NCBI RefSeq assembly: GCF_026571515.1
Contig: NW_026859677.1
Span: forward strand, 1 to 64,000
DNA: 64,000 nt
Source of the DNA: Ruditapes philippinarum
Taxonomy: Eukaryota
Direction: 5' to 3'
The notes under the pieces were generated by a model. The model searched no databases. It had not been told where the DNA came from and saw only the letters and a list, made by a program, of their open reading frames with translations. Positions 28,101 to 38,929 of the stretch are shown one piece after another. Every line of letters starts with the position of its first letter. Position 1 is the first letter of the stretch. A program made the position numbers and the translations under genes.

Positions 28101-29213
28101 AAAAAAAACCATTGGCTGCTGTTTAGACACGCTAAAGATCTTTGTTGTCAATTTATTTTCAGAATTGGAAACGGAAATGGAAATGGAAAATTCGTCTAAC
28201 TCGTCTAACACAGGAATGATTGTTGGCATCGTGATTGCTGTTTTGGTTGTTGTAGCAATTATAATTATTGTGGTTGTCCTCGTTTTTGTACGGAAAAGAA
28301 GAAATGGGTAAGATTTTTTAAATTCAAAAGTTATATTTTATAGAATGGTGTTACCATACTTCACCAATTGTTAACATATAGAAATTTACACTTCTTTCAT
28401 ATTAATTTTATCATCCGAAGGGCGGCATATTAAAATCGCACCGTCCGTCTGTCTGTACGTCCACTCTTCATTCGTGTCTGGACTGTAACTTTGTCATACA
28501 TAGCTTGGCTCAAATGTCTACCACATCAAGATGATTTGTCGCATCCAAGACCCTTGTCCCAAGGTATTAAGGTTGCCATTAATAGCACTTTATTTCACAA
28601 AAACAATATTAAGCAATTAGTTACTCTCACTCTCTTTTCTTTTTATAATACCTGAGTGCTTAAAAAACATTTTCTTGGGCATTTGTCATTTGCGTGACAG
28701 CTCCTGTTGTAAATGCTATAGTATTAACACAAATTGCATATTGCTAGATGATATATAACAAATTTAAAATGAATTGGTCTAAATAGTAGGTCTGCAATTC
28801 TATAAATATTTATGTTGATAGTGTTTAGTATCAGATAGAACAACTAGCCACGAAATCATTGTATATATGGATGCTGTTGTAGATTGATTCATATTAATTA
28901 AATGGGAAATCAGGACACCAATTCTCTCTTCAACACACACTAAAATGGATATAGCTTTTCACCACAAGACCCGCATATTGCTTTTCAAAATTAAAGTTCA
29001 ATGTCACTATCAAAAAGCCCGCAAAAATCACTACTTATCAGACTGTCCTTTGCATGCTGGTTACAATGTATACTCTAGTTTATTGATTATTTTACTCATA
29101 AATTTATTATCATTATTATTATTTAACCTTTTTAACATTTTAGAAACCGAAAAGACGGTGCTCCATATGCAACTGACGAAGCGGTCGCTATGAAACCTGA
29201 GGATGTTAAGTGA
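1030..29213 (+). CDS. Mesh/SUSD2-like (sushi domain-containing protein 2-like) type I membrane protein, copy 1; 17 exons, 848 aa
   Basis: Exons 1030-1102, 9015-9107, 10038-10150, 10652-10811, 11388-11548, 12102-12268, 12621-12911, 14885-15153, 15901-16041, 16353-16538, 17647-17783, 19003-19123, 20159-20312, 21587-21669, 22381-22563, 28163-28307, 29144-29213. All introns are GT-AG with compatible phases; total 2547 nt with no internal stop. Domain order signal peptide, IPT/TIG-like, AMOP, VWD, sushi, TM matches the Mesh/SUSD2 family. Confidence 0.9.
1208..2295 (+). mobile_element. HINE (non-autonomous Helentron)
   Basis: 5' T-run + hairpin ggcttgcagccacggctgcaagcc; 3' subTIR gcaagcc + palindrome tttccttttaaaaggaaa + T-run; absent from the paralogous site (~55560). 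Confidence 0.72.
2710..3530. repeat. degenerate array of attatcatacttgcat-like motifs in intron 1
   Basis: The motif recurs many times; a homologous array lies at ~55995-56670. Confidence 0.6.
3836..6842. mobile_element. non-autonomous DNA transposon, 35-bp TIR, 8-bp TSD (P- or hAT-type)
   Basis: TIR cacaggtaaacgttgcgtggccatgacttacacta at both ends; TSD gtttgaat at 3828-3835 and 6843-6850; empty site gcgaaacgtttgaatattact in the paralog (~56950). Confidence 0.9.
5334..6182. mobile_element. nested MITE with ~110-bp imperfect inverted repeats
   Basis: cgtacggctagccaaag...tatggaagtcgaa mirrored by ttcgacttccata...ttttggctagccgtacg. Confidence 0.7.
9015..9107 (+). CDS. copy 1 exon 2
   Basis: tttattttag acceptor, phase 1-1, ASSSLSSNQQDLKLRDGGGRVERSKGCSND; conserved at 58091. 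Confidence 0.8.
10038..10150 (+). CDS. copy 1 exon 3 (IPT/TIG-like)
   Basis: KQLKAVPNHADMYGGRLVDLSGPCFATDKPAYCQFKN; the GG..V..SGPCF...C.F motif is typical of Mesh/SUSD2. Confidence 0.88.
10652..10811 (+). CDS. copy 1 exon 4 (IPT/TIG-like)
   Basis: PHDGVVLANQEAVDISRTRVLCVVPRLLVRDRVILSVSTDNGKTYPYSTNFTI. This acceptor was chosen because the alternative upstream AG is absent in the paralog. Confidence 0.88.
10921..11307. mobile_element. TTAA-flanked Kolobok-like MITE (shared with the paralog at ~62560-62964)
   Basis: ttaaggga...cctttaa ends; a related 5' end occurs at ~48605. Confidence 0.45.
11388..11548 (+). CDS. copy 1 exon 5
   Basis: FPGRMPPLVRNLGRWFFPDATVLSLEWDNTLLTNDRNSLVDIRLIGFKENDGK, flanked by AG/GT. 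Confidence 0.88.
12102..12268 (+). CDS. copy 1 exon 6
   Basis: AIYKPLITLGKDVPASNGEYEF...KFTPTKN, phase 0-2. Confidence 0.85.
12621..12911 (+). CDS. copy 1 exon 7 (AMOP domain N-half)
   Basis: VPLGWF...CMKW...CPCSLAQAIADFGRWQPDKGC...CFYHNAAVHCVRS, the AMOP signature. Confidence 0.92.
13405..14185 (+). mobile_element. HINE-like element with internal tandem subrepeats
   Basis: (gtcc)n microsatellite after the 5' end; repeated tttgtagagttattg...gacttagt units; ggacacatttctagttt 3' end. Confidence 0.55.
14885..15153 (+). CDS. copy 1 exon 8 (AMOP domain C-half)
   Basis: NGAGNQCCYS...SHDWGAAPYGKPGHVPILSHWVDDIIPLFSCCQW...DCTEYNPPVP, Mesh-like. Confidence 0.92.
15901..16041 (+). CDS. copy 1 exon 9 (VWD start)
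   Basis: AFVYGQGHIATLRGQKIRVMAPGDYILLK...VQARFE aligns with the family motif GDPH..TFDG..Y.F.G.GEY.L...Q.R. Confidence 0.9.
16353..16538 (+). CDS. copy 1 exon 10 (VWD)
   Basis: GKVINNTFTLTSVAIESDGISDRVELRL...KWQDFKG. Confidence 0.88.
17112..17582 (+). mobile_element. HINE
   Basis: tttttagctcgactatt...tcgagcta 5' end, gtcggc microsatellite, 3' aatagtcgagc + hairpin + cttgttttt. Confidence 0.65.
17647..17783 (+). CDS. copy 1 exon 11 (VWD)
   Basis: VAVINTDLTGKNDNYTVLLTNNIGFQVATVAGTMQLDLMMPTDII. Confidence 0.87.
18255..18336. repeat. 10-bp minisatellite (gtaattgtaa)n
   Basis: About 8 tandem units. Confidence 0.85.
19003..19123 (+). CDS. copy 1 exon 12 (VWD end)
   Basis: KVTSGIFGNIDGGETLSNGESIDLFDDANKPEDVYNFEKA(W), the T.GL.G-type motif; not in the ORF track. 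Confidence 0.85.
20159..20312 (+). CDS. copy 1 exon 13
   Basis: WKVKNNNLF...YCTISRRTIFDDCEFDY, with the C.FD motif of the post-VWD region. Confidence 0.85.
21587..21669 (+). CDS. copy 1 exon 14
   Basis: RTGSEAIAKATQEAGIRRESLIDNLEP, phase 2-1. Confidence 0.83.
22068..22337. mobile_element. MITE with ~85-bp inverted repeats
   Basis: aggtagtctaa...ttttcccgccaaaaaat mirrored by attttttggcgggaaa...taagtctacct. Confidence 0.65.
22381..22563 (+). CDS. copy 1 exon 15 (sushi/CCP domain)
   Basis: SCGLLDVP...YTIG...EC..GSLSG...YTC...AWSPDVTAKC: four Cys plus the conserved Trp. Confidence 0.88.
23265..24170 (-). pseudogene. tyrosine recombinase of the DIRS/PAT element (disrupted)
   Basis: ORF 23820-24155 (SAM-like N-terminus) plus PLFISLRAPF...AGLKGYTA*SFRPTGATLAVTQGVLPETVMKIGQWKTKDVFMNHY. 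Confidence 0.85.
24223..25980 (-). pseudogene. RT / RNase H / methyltransferase-like pol of the DIRS/PAT element (frameshifted)
   Basis: ORF fragments 25755-25976, 25110-25328, 24871-25119 and 24464-24925 carry DIRS RT-RNaseH motifs. Confidence 0.88.
28163..28307 (+). CDS. copy 1 exon 16 (transmembrane helix)
   Basis: GMIVGIVIAVLVVVAIIIIVVVLVFV followed by the basic stop-transfer RKRR. Confidence 0.88.
28405..28710 (+). mobile_element. HINE remnant
   Basis: gggcggcatattaaaatcgcacc + (gtcc/gtct)n; 3' tgtca..tgacagctcctgtt hairpin. Confidence 0.5.
29144..29213 (+). CDS. copy 1 exon 17 (cytoplasmic tail, stop)
   Basis: ttttag acceptor, phase 2; GNRKDGAPYATDEAVAMKPEDVK then TGA. Confidence 0.78.
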
Positions 29214-29351
29214 CCAGTACCAAAATAATGTTAATAAAATAGGAAACATTTCAAACAAATTTCAAACCAGCAATACCAGAATTTCATACATATATCATAC
29301 ATAGTTTCACATTTATATTTTTGTATTGTATTATATAATAATGTAATGCTA

Positions 29352-30472
29352 CAGCCCGTCTCACACAGAACACAGGGCTTATACGGTTGGCCACCCGTGT
29401 AAACCGTACATACAACCGAACCAACCGTGGCGTTATCCGAATTACACTCGGACCATTGTATCCGTGTAAGTCGTGTATGATTTTTGAAACTTTAAAAAAA
29501 CTGGTACGGATGTCATGTCCGGTCCGTGTGTGATCGTATAAGCGACCGTACAAGACCGTAAGAGACCGTATGAGCTATATATAACCGTATTTGAAGTCCA
29601 CTCCACGATTGAGCCTAACCGTGTCAAGATCGTATATAAATCGTATGGAATCGTTCGAGACCGTCCCCAAGTCCTACCTCCAACATCTGATTAACACCCG
29701 AATGTAACACGATAACGGCACGATACACACGAGTGCACACACGGGGTCATACCATCGTCATACGACCAAGTACGAATCATGCATGGCAGACACGGTATAG
29801 TTCGGGTGTACACGGTCTCATTCGGCCTCGCACGGTCTTTAACGGCCTCTACGTCATCACGAACTGTACAACTGCTGCCACCCTCAGCTGCTAGATCTAC
29901 CCAGAGTACTTGCTGCATAACACTAGAATACATCCAAAGAAGAAGGTTCCCACGCACAGAAGGAATACAAGAAAGGCCATCCAGGCCCGCAGGCCACTTC
30001 AACCTGCTGACCGTGATAAGCCCGAGGATCCACCGGCACTACCTGAAGAGAGACCCGTTTCTCCCAGGGATTCAGGGTCGGATGTCAGCTCGGTGGGATC
30101 TCCATCAAAATGGGTCAATTTATATAAAAACATACTCGAATGTCTAATAATTCGAGCATAACTTAAACAAAAGTCGGAGGGACCCTATGTAAACCCTGTG
30201 AATGTCGAAAAAAAATCGAGTAAACGTAGTACTTAATCGTACTAGACCGACCTTTGAACCGTACAACAATCATATGTATTTGTATGCAAATCGTGTTCAA
30301 ACCTTGCTTAACCGAGTACATCCGTGCTTTATTCGTACAAACTTATGCTACATTCGAGTCTAACTCGTATCAACTAATCTCCAAGCACAGTTGGAGCTAA
30401 ATACTCGTACCAGTCAACCCGTGTATAACCGAGTATACCGTATGGGAACCGTTTTCTGTGTGAGACGGTCTG
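29352..30472. mobile_element. non-autonomous TIR DNA transposon just after the copy 1 stop codon
   Basis: TIR cag(c/a)ccgtctcacacagaa at both ends, flanked by TA on each side; GC/CpG-richer interior. Confidence 0.82.
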
Positions 30473-30650
30473 TAATGCAAATGTTAACTATTTACAATGC
30501 AATATGAAAAGATGTTGTGTATTAAAACAGCAATTTGCTAAACGGCCCATTATGCTCCAGCAATGCTTTTAATTCTACTTCCCAAAGGCTTTTTTTTAAT
30601 TCTGGTGTCCTGTTATAGTTTCCAGAATTTTACTCATTGCCCAATTACTT

Positions 30651-30855
30651 GGCGGCGTGGCCGAGTGGTTAACGCGTCTGACTAGTAATCTAATGATTGC
30701 CGACCGTGCATTCAAACCCGTCAGGGGCCAGCCGTTGTTTCCTTGAGCAGGAAACTTTACATTCATTGCTTAGTACTGGTTGGTTCCAGGAACGAATAAG
30801 AGTTTAGAGAATTAGTGTTTCAATAAGCTTATTGCTTCCAACATAATGAACTTAT
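30651..30855 (+). mobile_element. tRNA-derived SINE (CORE-like)
   Basis: A box tggccgagtgg, anticodon-like arm ctgactagtaatc, B-box-like ttcaaaccc, then CORE-like gttgtttccttgagcaggaaactttac. Confidence 0.72.
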
Positions 30856-31789
30856 TACTCGAAACTTATTTTGCATCTGTTGTTTTTGTAAATTAGTTTA
30901 GTTATAATGATTTGTATTTTGTATGGAAGTCAAATACTACTTTGTTTACATTTTGCTTCTTTTATGACAAATAATTTCACATTCAGTGCTACGTTTTCAG
31001 CTGATAAGTGTCTAATGTGTACTTCAAACAATTATATAAACGTTTTAAAGCTCATGTTTGCTTTTACTTAATATGGAAAAATGTATTCATTTATGCCTTT
31101 AGGATTACATGCATATAATACAATGTTATTATCTTATATTGTAGTTTAGTATATTGACTTGTATTTTATTGCTACTGAAAAAATGTATTGTTAGTTGTAA
31201 TGAAATAAATTTATTTTCATAATATTTGTATTTGATGGCATAAAACATATTTGCATATGGAAGATTATGTTGGCATCGAATGTATCACTACAAAAAATGT
31301 TTTTGTAGTGATACAATGCCAAAAGTATGTTTTTGTTAGTATCAATGCCGCATATACTCTTGATGATCTTTCCTCTGCTACTTCTTCCACAACGGTCAAC
31401 AATACTTTGACTATCACTGCGAGAACAACTATCATTTCTAATATTACCACTTTTACTATAAAAGACAGAAACTATATTACTAATAACTGAAGTAGCAAAA
31501 GATGCACTTTTCTAATATTACAACTTTTACTATAAAATAAAGAAACTATGTTACTAATAACCGAAGTAGCAATAAAAGATGCCTGTATACATGTATACTA
31601 GTTATTCCTATTCTGTATATTAGTGTCTAAACATATGATGTAAAATAAATATCTTCAATAAAATAGCTTTGAAAATGTTAGAAGAATTTTTTTTTGTGAT
31701 TTTTTATAAATATACACTCATTTTTATCTTACAAAATATTAGCAGATTAGCTCTTTATAGAGGCGTTCTTTGACACTTGCTCCTCACCG

Positions 31790-31970
31790 CCCGCCTGGGG
31801 CTTTGGATTATTTCTTGTGAGGAAGATATCTAACTTAGCTCACAGAACGGCGTAGATCTACTGCCTTAAACAATGCGCGAATGAAAACCTGAGGTCTACC
31901 TCCACCAGTAAATTAAAGCTAGAAAGTCGACCTTTATTGTGTTTGTGTAATGTAAAACCAAACCAAAATC
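31790..31970 (+). mobile_element. 5'-truncated SINE remnant
   Basis: gtgaggaag...ctgaggtctacctccaccag...gctagaaagtcg...aaaccaaaccaaa resembles molluscan SINE body/tail; recognised from memory only. Confidence 0.45.
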
Positions 31971-32862
31971 CGCCGCTTATCTAAATGTTTAATCTTCAAT
32001 ATGGAGATTTAAAGACTTATTTAATTCGAAAAAAGCAAACGTTATCTGTTAAAGCTACTTGTAAGTATTAACTGGGTAGTGTACATGTTTAAACTCAAGT
32101 GAAATAGGAACAATTCGGTGTAGTTGTTTGTCTACCATGTGATTTCGATATAAACAGTATGATCATATTATAATGAACTAAGAAATTCCTACCAAGAGTG
32201 AATGTGAATGATCAGAACAAAATAAAGCTGCAGTTGGAAAGAAAAATATAATATACCTTTACAGATATACAATATATAACTGTATACATAAAATCTGCGA
32301 ATCATAAGTGTTTTACAAAAGCAAAGATTGTTGAAATCTTAATTTTAAGAAGATTAAAGAGTTGCAATACATTTTCCTGCAGTACATGTACTAATGTTAT
32401 GCAATATACACACTGTATATATCCACTTTTCTTCTAGTTATCCATGTTTTTTGCTTTGTTTTATTGCATTATTATATTTGTTCAATCACTACGAATCTTT
32501 GTTAATATAACCATATCGAGCATTTTTCTTGTGAGGGAGAAGTCAGATACTTTTCCAGTAATTTTTACTGGTGCTAGCATAGACAATCTTTGTCGCACTC
32601 TTGACCTTCCTAGGAAACATGCTTTATCTCCCACATAAATGATTAGAACCCAGGGGCCGGTTTCTCAAAGCTCTGTTAAATTTAACTGCCTGTTAAATAA
32701 ACAGTCCGTTAAAATAGCTAACCGGCTGTTACTTAACAGTCTGTTAAAAACTTGTTGCTCAAAACTTTTTGACGGGAGTGTTAATTGTCACCCCTGTTAA
32801 ATTTTAACCAGCTGTTAACAGGTTCATTCAATCCCATAATTCCCCTTTCTGTAGTCTGCAAA

Positions 32863-33165
32863 ATGGCGTCTGAATCGTCTGAATCCAAAGTCTTTAAAAA
32901 ATGTAAAACGGTTAAGAGCAACAAATTTCAATGTGAATCTTGAGGAATTAGTAAAAGAAAATTTTGAAGTGCCTAACTCAAAATTTACAAATCAAGTCAC
33001 AAATGCCCGAAAGTCCGAAATATGGAAAGAAATAAGTAACAAGATATCTGCTCTTGCATACGCGCAGAGATCAGAGCAGGCCTGTGTTGATAAATGGGCA
33101 AACTTGAAACAGAAGGCTAAAGAGGATCTTATGTAAGATAAACTAGAACGACGGTGGTGGGCCGT
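32863..33165 (+). pseudogene. Myb/SANT-like DNA-binding protein of the Harbinger
   Basis: LEELVKEN...SKFTNQVTNARKSEIWKEISNKISAL...RSEQACVDKWANLKQKAK...GGP; frameshift and stop. Confidence 0.85.
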
Positions 33166-36100
33166 GTGTAATATACACCCAAATGAAAATTTGTTAGACT
33201 AATCTAGTCAATTTTATTAATTCATATTGCTTTATTAGAGTTCTACAAGGCAATGATACAATGTTTACTTATACATATGTCCATCAATTAATATTCATAA
33301 GGCATTATGACTCAAAGGGCATGACCAAGTTTGATCTCAGGGTCATTGTTAATGTAACTAATGTAACTTTTGTAGAAATCTACAAATTGATGCTATATGC
33401 AATATCAAAGTTCTAGGCTTAAGCTGATCAATGATTTAGCCAAAGTTTCACACATTAAGACTTATAAGTGTTTTCCAATATTATTCCAAAAAAGATTTTT
33501 TTCATTTATATGGAATTATGTGCCTTGAAATAACACAGTCCATTGTGGTGTCTTTCTTTTGTCAATGTATCCTGATTATCATTCTGCCTGCATCACATAA
33601 TGTGAACCACAATTATCGGGTCACTAAATGATTACTCAATAATAAGAAACTACATTTGTCATATTTTTTTTAAATCTTATAATTAAAATCAGCTGAAAAA
33701 TCGTTAATCTCTGTGGCCCACAGAAATGTCTAAGAATTAGTAGTAACTTTCAAGTTATGAAAAGATTAAATTGATTTGAATTGAATTGAGAAAATCTGTG
33801 TGCAAATGTATATTTTATGCATATTTGATTTTTTTTTTAAATTTTTGTCATTATCAATTCTTTGTCAATGACAGTGATAGTTATAGTCAATCTTTTTTAA
33901 ATATATAGGTATTTTGTCTCAACTTGACAGTGTAACAATTAGCATAAGGCCACTTAAATATTGACCCAAACTAGATAAAAAGCTCAACATTAAAATGCTC
34001 TGGAAATTAAGAGAGAAAAAAGACCTATACATACACACATATTAAAACAAGAAGTTCAGGCAGTTTGTCGGCTTGCATTTCTGCATCAAACATTTCACTA
34101 CCCCTTCCTTCCTACTCCATATCTTTCCTTTTCAGAAAGGCTAGAGACAATTTTCTATCAGAGACAAGCAACACCAGACCAGGACTACTGTAGTACAGTA
34201 TGTTATAACAACAACAACTTTTATTTTGTAATGGTGAGATACAAGTTGTTTGTTCATACAAATTTACCATGCTCATGAGTAAAGCATGTCAGCAATGATT
34301 ATAAGAATAATCATAATGGAGACCACCCCGCACTTGGGAACACTGGTTGAAGACCAATGGTGGTCTTAATTGAATTTTTTACTGTAATTAATATCAGTAC
34401 TAATGTAATGTTATTAATCAATACTCAGATACTAGGGAAACTATTATACAGATTATAGCCATATAGATTTGTTCAATTAATGTAACCATACAATTAAAAA
34501 AATAAACACAATAATATTTTTTATTGTAAATATGCAAACAGCCGTTTATATAGGGCCATATACATGTCAGGGATCTTTATAACGAATTTATAATACAGCA
34601 AGCAAGTATATCTTTTTCATTTCCTGGAAATTAAACAAATTTAATTAATTTGATTCAATAGGACTCAATGGTACAACCAGTAGTTTCGTGCAGTTGAACA
34701 GGGTTATCATAATCATTTATTATTTTACATGTATGTATTTTGTTTTCAATGGAACAATCTAAAATTACATTTGACACTCATATTTGCAGGCTGTGACTTA
34801 AGTGCTGACTGTGAGATGCCAGGTGTTTAATAATGATGTGCAGTATTAATCCTGAAAAGACAGATTTTTAAATCTCAATACTTAACTATTCATCATTTTC
34901 CTTGAAAACCCAGTAATAAATAGTGTCACAAATAAAGCAATCAATTAATCTTATACAAAGCAATTCATAAACACTTGTGCACTGAAATAAGATTCTGTGT
35001 TGCTTTAGTATTTTTGAATATGCGTAAGCATAATTAATATTTGATACTGTTGAAACATAAAATTTGATATTATTAAAAAATATGAAATATAACTACATAT
35101 AATCTTGCAATAAAACATATTATGAATTTTATTATTAAAGGTGAGCACAACCACAAGAAGTTCTAGGAAACACAGGCAGTGGACTTAAAACGGACATCGA
35201 TTAAAGAAATAGTAATTTAAATAATCAGAAACATTTGAAACAAATTTATGATTGAAACACTTCCAGCAAAAATAATTTTATCCCAAAATAGTTGAAAATA
35301 CACATGCATGTGTTAAACTCATAAAAAATCCGCCCCCAGAATTTCGCCCAGAATCTTGTTTGACAATTCCGCTCCGAAATTCCGCCCCAAGATTCCGCTT
35401 CAAAATTCCCCCCCCCCCATCTCATTTGTATATTTCGTCCAAATTCCGCCCATAATCCGTGCCATTTCCACCTGGAATACGGCCGAGATGCATGCCAAAA
35501 GAAAAAGGTTTAACACTTGTATATTCGGGGGAGAATTTAAATTTCTGGGCGGAATCTGTCTTTGAATTTCACCCAATTTCCGTCCAGAAAATTTCGTACA
35601 GGAATGCTCCCACTTTCCATTACAAAACGGAGGAAGAGCACTGAATGTCATGGTCAAATAAAGTTTATGTTCATTTTTATATTTGCCGTCTTTTCTAAAT
35701 GGAAGTTACGCGCAAGCATGAATAAGTCACTACATAAGTTGATGACAAAAAATAATCCAATCCGGCCAAGACAATTAAAGCACATTTCAATAGTTTTACC
35801 TTCAATATCAAGGTCATTCATGGGCCAATGTCAAATTTTGTCTCCTTAAAGGATTATTCCTATATAGGTTGTTGTGACCAAGCACGTGAAAAGACATATA
35901 TCAAGTTATATTAAATATCAAGCAGCATTATAACTTGATTATCAAAATCATTCAAAAGTCATGGTCAAGTTTGTCTGATCTACTCAATTAGTCGTATCTT
36001 AAGATTCAGTTTGAAGATTGTTCGTTAAGAAATAAAACTATATTATCACTGAAAGTTTTTTGGTGGCAACTGAAAAAAACATGCAGCTTTATAACACCTC

Positions 36101-38234
36101 GAGCTGTTATTAATTATCTATTTCATAAATAAATTCCCGTTACAAGTTGCAATGATATTAACTTTTTTCAAATATCAAGCTTCTAAAGAACGTACAATTT
36201 ATATATACATTTTATAAACATCTTCTGCTTTGCTTTTCTTTCACAAATAGATATTATCAAAGTATTTCTGTCCAGCGCATGTGGCCCTTTTAATATAAAT
36301 AAATTAGAATTGCATTAACTAGGCTCTAAAATGAATTGACAAATCAAATGAATCAAATGTTTCCATCTTTTATAAGATGTTAAGCAAAAGATTGAACAAA
36401 ATAATTTAAATACCCGCTATCACCGAGAAGGAACCCATCTGAAAAACTTTTGTTATCTTTCTCAAGACGCTGACAAAGCCCCGATGTTCTGAAAACATGA
36501 CTATCATGGCAAGAACCTGGCCAACTTGCATTTACACTCGTGAATTTACCTGTAGTAGAACATACTTGATTAATACATAGTGAAAAATTACAATGTTGAT
36601 AATATTTGTGAGTCATTATTATGTTAGGTAGACAACCTGATTTTGGACTTTTGGAGTAGTCTTGAGGTGTCATATGGACTCTTGGGGTAGTTTAAGACAC
36701 ACCGTGTAGTGTCTCCTTACACAGGAATGAAAGAATTTTAACAGTTATGTTATGATTTCATCTGATTTTTTATGACTTTATGTTTCCTTCACGAAGTTGA
36801 AAAAAAACCTTTTTTTTTAATCTTAGAACTTTAAAGATTGAAGAATTCCTTTATGCGTATTTAGCCAATATTAATAATTAGTTGTAAGTAAGATAACAAA
36901 GGGGAATTTTTGAATTTTTAAATTTAATTATCCAAAATAAAAGTTGACTGTTTGCACTAAGTATAAAGATATCACGGAAAGTGATACCATTTTGTCTTTA
37001 AACCGATTTACCCAAAGTTGTTTTTTTATTTATTGTTGTAAGCAGCTTTGACCTAAATCGTGATACACAAACGATTTGAACAAAAGTGAAAATATACCTT
37101 CATTATCACAGACAGCTTGTACAGAAATACTATGATAGCCTTTTCTGTTTACGAAGGAGGAGGCCTCATCGGTCCTTTGGTGCCTGGATCCTAACATGTG
37201 TGCCGTCAATGCAGCCGATTACATTCGTAAATCGGGCGACATCGAAAAAGTGTGAAGAAATTTTCTTTTTTTTGTCGTTATGTGGCCAGTGCACAAACTC
37301 ATGGATGTGACTTATTAGTGCATCTGTGAAACTGTTAACCGCTCTTGACGGTCTCACCCCGGTACGGAATTAAACCCAGCCCAGAAAATAGTTCTTTGAA
37401 ATTTTTAAGTGTCCTATTTTAAGTCATTTTTGATGTGACTGGTTACATTTTAGTGTATTTATTGTAACAGTGTACATTTAATGTCATTTCTGATGACTTT
37501 AAAAGTTGTTTTTTTTGTGTATTCTGCAGGATCTCATTTCTTGGTGGAAGGATTCGATAAGAACTACACGCTAGCATACATGACATTTGAAACTTTGATA
37601 ATTTGACAGTGACTTAACAAATCAAGATATATTGTGAAATCTAGATGGCTAATATAGGACATTTCGGGCTTCGACTAACTTTTCTAGTGTTGATGTTTAA
37701 AGTTATGAAATACAGAATTCTTATGAGTTTAAAAGAAGTCCAGAATGAAGCTTTAAATGTGACAGATTTACTATGGAATAAAGAAGGACGAAAATTGAGT
37801 GGGCCGTGTCCAATATAAAATATGGTAAAATTGGATTCCATGAAAACTACCGATAATAATTGCATGAAAATTAGCATGCTTGTAGACTTGGTACATTAAA
37901 GTCAGCAACAAAGAGGATTATTGTCAGGTATGTGAATTTTTTATTTTATTAAAAAAATAATTTTGACATATTGAAATATGCCCAAAATGGCCTGGAGTTG
38001 TCTTCCCTTGATAAATAGTCGTCTTCAATTGTTTAGATCATCAGAAAAAAATAAAGAAACAATACCGGGCTATATCTACATGATCTATAAAATACAAATA
38101 TCATTTTGTTGAAATTAAGCTATTATTTTTTTTTTTAAATATATAAATTAAATTTAAATTTTATTTCAGAATTGACCTGTTTTATTACTTTAAATTGCTT
38201 TATTCCCTAGGGCTAAGTTTGATAATAAATAGGT

Positions 38235-38633
38235 ATGGATGAGGTAAAAGAAGTGTGCCGAAAGAAATTGAGCAGCAAAAGTGTCATACATGCAAATGGA
38301 GAATGTGTTTTTTGGACAGGATTTGTGAAGCTGCAAAGCTATGGACAGATTCGCTACAGAGATCCAAGAAACGTAGAGAGCCGTAGACATAGGACCTGAA
38401 CAAGTCATCGTATTGCTCTAATGGTTTATTTCAGGGACTTTGATATTCAAGCAAGTCAACAAGCATTTCATTAATGCAACAATAAATTATGTATCAATAT
38501 TCATCATCTCGTACTTGAGGCGTGCGGTATAAATAATTTAAGAAAAAAATGTTTTTCTCATTGTAGGTGCTATGGTCATTTTGATGCAGATTGAAATCTA
38601 TTATCACATTGCCTAGTGCATTCATCATCATAG
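38235..38633 (+). pseudogene. His-Me finger / His-Cys box (I-PpoI-like) endonuclease pseudogene
   Basis: MDEVKEVCRKKL...GECVFWTG...YGQIRY...T*TSHRIALMV...AFH*CNNKLCINIHHLVLEACGINNLRKKCF..CRCYGHF..*..LSHC; 133 codons in one frame with 3 internal stops. Confidence 0.85.
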
Positions 38634-38929
38634 TGTTATTACAGGGGACTTGTTAATTTGAAGCATTTTTTATATCTTTTTCAGATAATTGACCTGCTGT
38701 TAGGGACCATGTGGATAACTTTTTCTGTTCTATTTCTCGCTGCTTAGTATACATGTTGTTGTTTTTTTTTAATTTAATTTTTTGTAACATTTGAGCTTTC
38801 CCGTTTCGACCGGCAAATCAGGTCATTATCTGACATTCTGGCATGAATGTGACGGGGCCCATCCTTGCTTTTATTTCACTTGGATTTGCACCGTCAAGGC
38901 AGCGCTTCAGAGAAACGCTACAATGTTGA

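Noticed and set aside
29284-30161. Several overlapping ORFs of 60-120 aa
   Set aside because: They lie in the GC-richer interior of a non-autonomous transposon and show no recognisable domain.
30651-30725. tRNA-Thr(AGT)-like gene
   Set aside because: The acceptor and T stems do not close properly, and it runs into a CORE-like SINE body, so it is a SINE head.
31251-31490. Thr-rich / hydrophobic ORFs that might be a further exon
   Set aside because: They lie downstream of the stop codon, are low complexity, and lack convincing splice sites.
35330-35657. ORFs over the ccgccc/aattcc-rich patch
   Set aside because: This is a repetitive inverted-motif patch, probably a small nested MITE; its ends could not be defined and it has no protein similarity I recognise.
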